Source of the DNA: a virus
Lineage: Duplodnaviria > Heunggongvirae > Uroviricota > Caudoviricetes
IMG/VR virus record: IMGVR_UViG_2799112923_000001
DNA: 64,000 nt
Strand: one strand, 5' to 3'
Below the pieces are notes generated by a model. The model was not told where the DNA came from, did not search any database, and saw only the letters and a program-made list of their open reading frames with translations. Made by a program: the position numbers and the translations under genes. Shown in pieces: positions 57,963-64,000 of this stretch (positions within the stretch are counted from its first letter, which is position 1; the number at the start of each line of letters is the position of its first letter).

Positions 57963-58059
57963 GTTTCAAAAATAAATAAAATCCGGGTTGACCGGATTTT
58001 TTTGTTATATTTTATGTGTTATAAATAGTTGGTAAAATTTTTTACATTAGCGAGATAAT

Positions 58060-59533
58060 ATGAAAAAGAAAACCGAGATAGATAATTTTTTTGAAAATGA
58101 ATCAGATGGAAAAACATTAGGAACAGATCAAATGCTCCATAAGAATATGGAGGTTTACCGGATTAGATGTTTTGGAAGATAGAGCATTAGCGGATTATCG
58201 TGATGGTTTAAAGCCAGCACAAAGACGCCTAATGTGGACTGCCAAAGAACTAAAAGCAACATGGGATAATAAGACAGTTAAATCCGCAAGAATTACCGGT
58301 GATTGTATGGGTAAATATCACCCACACGGTTCCGCTTATGGTTCTTTGGTAACAATGGCAACGAGTGAATATCCAATTATTCATGGACAAGGTAACTGGG
58401 GTTCATTAACAGATGGTCCTGCTGCCGATAGATATACAGAAGCCAAGATTTCTCAAATTGGTATGAAGATGTTGGAATGTATGGATGTTGCAGACTACAT
58501 TCCAAACTATACAGGTGAATTTAAAGAACCTATTGTATTGACTACACGATTACCAAATTTCTTTATTAACGAATGTGCTGGTATTGCCGTTGGTTTGAAT
58601 TGTAATATTCCAGCTCACAATTTGAAAGAAGTTGTTGAAGCCATGAAGGTTGTAGTCAAGAAGGGCAAACAAACTAAAATCAAAGATATTATGAAGTATC
58701 TTAAAGGACCTGATTACAAGTATGGTGGTAAAATTCTTTCTACACCAGAAGAAATTCAACAGGTCTATGAAAAGGGTGAAGGAACAATTAAGTACGAATG
58801 TGATTACACATTAGTCAAAGACAAGAAAAATGTTTTGTTGACTGTTACTGGTTATTGCCCAGGTTTCTCACCAAATACATTCATTACCAAAATGATTTCA
58901 ATGATTGACGATGGTACTGTATTGTATGTAAATGATAGTTCTACAAAGAATGAACCTTGTAAACTAGAAGTCTCTATTAAGAATGAAGCCGATTTTGAAT
59001 CCAAAATCCACAAGCATTTGATTAAAAGCGAAACATACAGATACTATGCTATTGAACGCACAAAGTCCAAGGATATTACCAAGGATGTTGACACCACAGT
59101 CATTATTCCAAATATGATTGAGTTAATGAACAAGTGGATTGATTGGCGAAAAGAAGTTGAAACCAAAATGTGCGAAGTAGAGAAGAATATCTACGAGGAC
59201 AAGAAACAAAAAATGAATTGGCGATTGATTGCTTCCCAAAATCTTAAAGTAGTTGTTAAGGGATTGGAAGAAAAAGACCCAGTAAAATATATTGCCGAAA
59301 ATATGCCTGGTATCAAGGGTAAAACATTTGCTATGGATGCCGCTAAATACATTTGCGACCAAAAAGTGATTAGTTTACAGAAAATTGACCAGGATAAAAT
59401 CAAGAAAGATATTACCGATTTCGGAAACCATATTAAATCATTGGAAAATGATATTGCCCATATTGAAAATGTGGTGCTTCGTGAATTGGATAATCTTAAA
59501 CCATTCTACAAAGAAAGAATGTTGAAGGTATAA
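58060..59533 (+). CDS. gyrA: Type IIA DNA topoisomerase breakage-reunion subunit (GyrA/ParC-like), +1 frameshift near 58158
   Basis: RALADYRDGLKPAQRR, YHPHG, AADRYTE; the N-terminus from ATG 58060 is in a different frame. Confidence 0.9.
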
Positions 59534-59534
59534 T

Positions 59535-60293
59535 ATGAAAGAATCAAAAATAACAATGGAAGAATTGTATAGCATTGAAGGATTTAGTTGGAAAATTCAA
59601 CTTGCTTTGATTGACTTGCTTTGTAGATGTATTGAACCAACAAATGCGGTTGAATTGGGAACTTGGCATGGAAGAAGTGCCGTAATCTTTTCAAAGTATA
59701 TCAATGACAAACAAGGTTTGTTTTGGGGTGTAGAACCAGAACACACTAGAGCAGATATTACACGAAAGAATTGTGAAAATGTTTGCCCAAATGGTAAGAT
59801 TTACATTGAAAAGAACATTTCCAATTATTCCGATTTGAATACAAAGGTTATTCCATTTGTGGATATTGTTCATATTGATGGTGAACATAGTTTTAATGCC
59901 GTTTATCACGATTTAGATTTGGTTAAGAAGTTTATTCTTAAAGAAGGATTGATTATTCTTGACGATTTCTATTTTGATATGTACCCACAAATTACTCAAT
60001 CAGCATATAAATGGTTAGACGATAATCCTGAGTATGTTTTATTGGCTGTTGGTTTCTGTAAAGGAATAATTTGTAATAAAATGTTCTATAAGAAATATGC
60101 CGATATGATACTTGACCCATCTTTCATTGACGAATTGAAGAAATATGATACTGGTGTTGAGTTTTTGACCGTCACTAGAACTTCTCCATTTATGGATTGC
60201 CCAACATTGGGTATTTGTACCAATGTTTCCAAAGACCCTTATATTGGAAATGAATGTGGCGATGGAAAAATTGAAAAAATAACAAAGATGTAA
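59535..60293 (+). CDS. Class I SAM-dependent methyltransferase
   Basis: VELGTWHGRS, VHIDGEH, ILDD. Confidence 0.8.
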   Translation: MKESKITMEELYSIEGFSWKIQLALIDLLCRCIEPTNAVELGTWHGRSAVIFSKYINDKQGLFWGVEPEHTRADITRKNCENVCPNGKIYIEKNISNYSDLNTKVIPFVDIVHIDGEHSFNAVYHDLDLVKKFILKEGLIILDDFYFDMYPQITQSAYKWLDDNPEYVLLAVGFCKGIICNKMFYKKYADMILDPSFIDELKKYDTGVEFLTVTRTSPFMDCPTLGICTNVSKDPYIGNECGDGKIEKITKM

Positions 60294-60294
60294 T

Positions 60295-61473
60295 ATGACT
60301 AACAAGAATACTTTAATAAATTTTCTTTGTGATATAGTTAAAACAGACAAAATCATTAGTTTTAATGCTAATGATTTTGAACTATATAAAGTTTTGGAAA
60401 ATAAATCCAATTCATTACAGATAATTGAAGAAGATAAAGCAGCTGCTGATAGAGCATTTAAACAAGTGCCATTCAACAAATGCCAAATCTATACAATTCC
60501 ATTGTATTATTCTAATATGAGTGAATTAGGATATTATGAATTGGTTTATATTTCCGATTTGAACCAAACTTATCTTGCTTTAAAGAAATTCCAAAACAAT
60601 GTAACCCATTCAGGGTTCATTGTTGTTAATCATTTTATGGAAAATCTTAAAGTAACACAGGAAATCTTTAAATGGCTTGAAAAGAACCCCGATTATACTC
60701 TTTTATCATCAGGGTTTAATGTAGCAGTTCTTTGTAGAAACGAATTTGTTAATTATTATCGTAGAGAATTGATAAATCGTCATAGTAAAGAACTTTCTAC
60801 TATCAAATCATTTATTAAAGACGAGTATTCTAATGTGTTAGAATTTGATACAGTAGGATTTAATTATATTCATACTGATAAAGATTATGATTTGAAAATT
60901 CCTACACAAATAGTTCCATATATTCTACAAGTTATACAACCAAATTCAATAGTTGACATTGGTTGTGGATATGGTGCGTTCTTAAAAGCATTTAAGAACA
61001 ATGGTATTAAAGAAGTACTCGGCATAGATTGTGAAAAATGTAAAGATAATCTATTAGAACCAAATGAATTTAGAATAGAAAATCTTGAAAACGAACTTAC
61101 ATTTGATAAACGATATGATACTGCTATCTGTTTGGAAGTAGCAGAACATATTGACGAACAATATGCTGATAATTTGATTAAAACATTAACCAATGCCAGT
61201 AATTGTATAATCTTTTCAGCCGCTGCCCCAGGTCAAAGATGTATCGGTCATGTTAATTGCCAATGGCCTTCATATTGGAAAAAGAAATTTGAAAATGTTG
61301 GCTATACAATGATTGATGTGTTAAGACCTAAAATGTGGAATGATAATTCTATTCCTTGGTGGTATAGGCAGAATATGTTTATGGTTATAAAAGCAGACCA
61401 AAACGAACAATACGATGACCCTATCTATACTGACATTCAAGATAAATTACATCCTGACTCATTGAATAGTTAA
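60295..61473 (+). CDS. Class I SAM-dependent methyltransferase with a degenerate N-terminal MTase-like domain
   Basis: VDIGCGYG, CLEVAEHI, GHVNCQW; N-terminal half resembles the upstream gene. Confidence 0.8.
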   Translation: MTNKNTLINFLCDIVKTDKIISFNANDFELYKVLENKSNSLQIIEEDKAAADRAFKQVPFNKCQIYTIPLYYSNMSELGYYELVYISDLNQTYLALKKFQNNVTHSGFIVVNHFMENLKVTQEIFKWLEKNPDYTLLSSGFNVAVLCRNEFVNYYRRELINRHSKELSTIKSFIKDEYSNVLEFDTVGFNYIHTDKDYDLKIPTQIVPYILQVIQPNSIVDIGCGYGAFLKAFKNNGIKEVLGIDCEKCKDNLLEPNEFRIENLENELTFDKRYDTAICLEVAEHIDEQYADNLIKTLTNASNCIIFSAAAPGQRCIGHVNCQWPSYWKKKFENVGYTMIDVLRPKMWNDNSIPWWYRQNMFMVIKADQNEQYDDPIYTDIQDKLHPDSLNS

Positions 61474-61483
61474 TAAATACAAT

Positions 61484-62941
61484 ATGAGTAATTGGACCGA
61501 AAATAATCCACAAAATATCAGTAATCCTAAATATGACCCATCTACCCATCAGTTCAAAAAGGGTTGGATTGATGGTCATCCTAGAGGTGGCTACCCAGCT
61601 AACTATTTCTTTGCTGATTCTATCAGAGCAGCAATGATTGGGTTTGGTAATTTCTTTAATGACCTATTTGTAATTCGCTACGATGAAAAAGGTGAACCAA
61701 TTAAACAGATTCAGGTCCCATTAAAGTACGGTCCAAGAATGAAATCACACGATTTTCGTGTTGAACAAGAAAGTGGTAAGAAATACTATATCCAATTACC
61801 AAATATGACATATCGTAAGACCGGTATGGCATTTGCTAGTGAAAGATATTCCGGTGCCGGTGAGTCAAGAGGATTCTACAACAAATACTTTGAAGTAAAT
61901 GGTGTGGACTATTTGATGGCAAACAAGTTTTGGGCCGATGTTCACCCAGTTCCATATAACATAACAATTAGTATGGAAGCCAAATGTGAGCATATATCCG
62001 ATGCTAACCAAATTGAAGAACAAGTCCTATCAAGATTTGCCCCTGAAGCATATTTTGATTTGAAGGAGTTTTGGTTCATAAACAAACGCCGTTCTATCAA
62101 GATGAAATTGGATAGTATCTCGGAAGAATTGACCCAGGATTTTGGTGAAGAAGATAAAAGAGAAATAACTGTATCATTTGAGTTCACCATTGAAGCCTGG
62201 TTGTATAAGACCATTAAAGATACCTATATCATTGACGAAATCATTACCCAGTTGGGTGTAAATGGTGATAAGAATTATTGGAATGAAAAAATGATGGGTA
62301 ACTATACTGGTAATTTCAAAGAAAGACACGATTTGGATTATCAATTCGGTACCAAAATCGGTCGTGTTTCTGCTTTGTTGCCATTTGAGAAACAACCAGA
62401 ACCAAAAACAACAGATTATGGTATTCATTACGAATACAAATACGAAGAATTGCCAGATATCACCAATTATCCAACGGGAAGTAAACTTTTATTAACACAG
62501 GATATATACAACGATAAAACTTCTGCCGTTTGGAATGGGTATAACCAGGTTTTGACGTCCCTGAGCAGTACTGCCCCAGTTGCTTGGAATGATAAAACCT
62601 ACGATGCTCTACATAGAGATGGCGCAGTGCTCAAGTACTGGCAAGTGACTGCCAATAGCGGTGATATTCTTAATCCAACCATGTCGGGTGATAGAATTTA
62701 CCAGATTTGGTATGACCCAAATTATGTAATTAAGCCAGGCGAATTAAATCCTGACGGAACTGTTAAAACACCTGGAGAATTTGGTGGAACATTCATTAAA
62801 GAATTTGAAAACCTAAAAGGATTTGGAGATTTTAGTGATAACTTGTTCTTTGGAACGAAAGATGCTCAAATTGGTAGCACAGTTGTTAAAGATGCTCCTT
62901 GGGTTTCTCAAGTTTCAACAGAAAATAACGAAATTATATAA
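61484..62941 (+). CDS. Tail sheath stabiliser/terminator (T4 gp15-like)
   Basis: SIRAAMIGFGNFFNDL, QVPLKYGP, PVPYNI, QIEEQVLSRFAP. Confidence 0.8.
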   Translation: MSNWTENNPQNISNPKYDPSTHQFKKGWIDGHPRGGYPANYFFADSIRAAMIGFGNFFNDLFVIRYDEKGEPIKQIQVPLKYGPRMKSHDFRVEQESGKKYYIQLPNMTYRKTGMAFASERYSGAGESRGFYNKYFEVNGVDYLMANKFWADVHPVPYNITISMEAKCEHISDANQIEEQVLSRFAPEAYFDLKEFWFINKRRSIKMKLDSISEELTQDFGEEDKREITVSFEFTIEAWLYKTIKDTYIIDEIITQLGVNGDKNYWNEKMMGNYTGNFKERHDLDYQFGTKIGRVSALLPFEKQPEPKTTDYGIHYEYKYEELPDITNYPTGSKLLLTQDIYNDKTSAVWNGYNQVLTSLSSTAPVAWNDKTYDALHRDGAVLKYWQVTANSGDILNPTMSGDRIYQIWYDPNYVIKPGELNPDGTVKTPGEFGGTFIKEFENLKGFGDFSDNLFFGTKDAQIGSTVVKDAPWVSQVSTENNEII

Positions 62942-62969
62942 ATACTATATAAAATGGAGTTTTTGAATT

Positions 62970-63809
62970 ATGGAAAATAGACAATCACAATTTATAACAA
63001 AGATTTTACAAATCTTTACTAATACTGGGTTTGGTGTTGAAAAATTTGACGATGGCACTTATGATATTATTGACAGATCCATAATTGGTAAAGCAAAAAT
63101 TGGTTCTATCAAGATTTTGGGTAGTGGCGAAATATCCATTAAGTTAGGTGGTGAATCTAAAAATCGTGGAAAGTTTGCTGCTTTGATGAAAAAGACCTCA
63201 TTCAAAGCAAAACCAACAAACAATGTTGCCACAGTAGCAGCTATTGTTAAGAATATGCTCATTGAGTATAAGAAGGCAAAGAAAGAAATCTATAAGGAAT
63301 CTTACGAACAGTATACAGTTCCACAAATCACAAGAGATACATTGGAAGGAGCCATTGATTCCTATTTAACCAAAGTAGCATTGTTAAAAGAGTCTACCGA
63401 TATAGAAGAAAACTATGCTGACTTGCTAACATTTGTTGCCGACAAACTTTCTTTGACAGAAGATGCTTGCGAAGCCAAATATGGCGATATTCTTGATTTG
63501 ACTTTGAATTATGACGAAACTAAATTTAACAAGGCTATGGATAAATTGTTTGAAGAAACCGAATTGAAGAATGAGTTTAGAACCTTCTTACACGAAAACA
63601 AAGAAAATGATTTGATGGCTGAAATCAAAGCTGATAAAGCCTTGAAAGCACTTAGAAATACCGATTACTACAAGAATTTAGACGAAAATGACAAATATCG
63701 TAAATTGTGGAAATACATTGTTGGTACACACGGTTCAAAGTTTTCAATGAGCGAAGACTTGGAAGATATTTGTAAAACCTTGGCTCATGAAGATGACGAA
63801 AACTTTTAA
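62970..63809 (+). CDS. Hypothetical late protein
   Basis: Late promoter at 62937. Confidence 0.75.
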   Translation: MENRQSQFITKILQIFTNTGFGVEKFDDGTYDIIDRSIIGKAKIGSIKILGSGEISIKLGGESKNRGKFAALMKKTSFKAKPTNNVATVAAIVKNMLIEYKKAKKEIYKESYEQYTVPQITRDTLEGAIDSYLTKVALLKESTDIEENYADLLTFVADKLSLTEDACEAKYGDILDLTLNYDETKFNKAMDKLFEETELKNEFRTFLHENKENDLMAEIKADKALKALRNTDYYKNLDENDKYRKLWKYIVGTHGSKFSMSEDLEDICKTLAHEDDENF

Positions 63810-63843
63810 TCATAAATAAAATAAAAATTTAGGAGTAAATACA

Positions 63844-64000
63844 ATGGATTTCAAAAATTATTATCACAACAAATTGAACGAAGAAGGTGTTACAATGGAT
63901 GGTTTGGATGCTGATGCTCCAAAGCCACAACAGCCACAACAGCAACAGGCTCCACAGGGTAAGAGCGGTATCCTTAGCAATTATGTTAATGGTACTTCTT
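63844..64000 (+). CDS. Partial late protein running off the window edge
   Basis: AGGAG SD; MDFKNYYHNKLNEEG... Confidence 0.65.
   Translation, partial: MDFKNYYHNKLNEEGVTMDGLDADAPKPQQPQQQQAPQGKSGILSNYVNGTS

Noticed and set aside
1661-63262. Numerous minus-strand and nested ORFs in the ORF track
   Set aside because: They are antisense shadows of + strand genes that have SDs and coupled junctions; they lack their own RBS or motifs

Overview
This 64 kb window is part of an AT-rich, T4-like large (probably jumbo) phage genome, with nearly all genes on the + strand. It contains four kinds of content. (1) Long arrays of small hypothetical genes. About 45 of these encode mostly dissimilar proteins that share a C-terminal helix ending in [I/L/V/A/M]-x-x-D-F-(x). 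(2) A ~7 kb tRNA/ncRNA island (11.2-18.5 kb) with 13 recognisable tRNAs and two degenerate tRNA-like elements. Several tRNAs are atypical (Ile-UAU, Ser-ACU, long-arm Asn, degenerate Gly). The island also holds large structured non-coding blocks and a candidate leader-peptide attenuator. (3) A second ~600 nt non-coding transcription unit at 30.2-30.9 kb. (4) Core genes: CCA-adding enzyme, the N-terminal half of the large terminase ending in a short split-intein N fragment, T4 gp13/gp53/gp15-like structural genes, type IIA topoisomerase subunits (gyrA-like frameshifted), a putative DNA glycosyltransferase, methyltransferases, a HAD nucleotidase and a deoxyribosyltransferase-phosphoesterase fusion. 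Sigma70-type promoters carry a helically phased TGTAAA-N6-TTTACA palindrome, and T4-like TATAAATA late promoters precede the structural genes. All calls come from manual motif reading; no searches were run.
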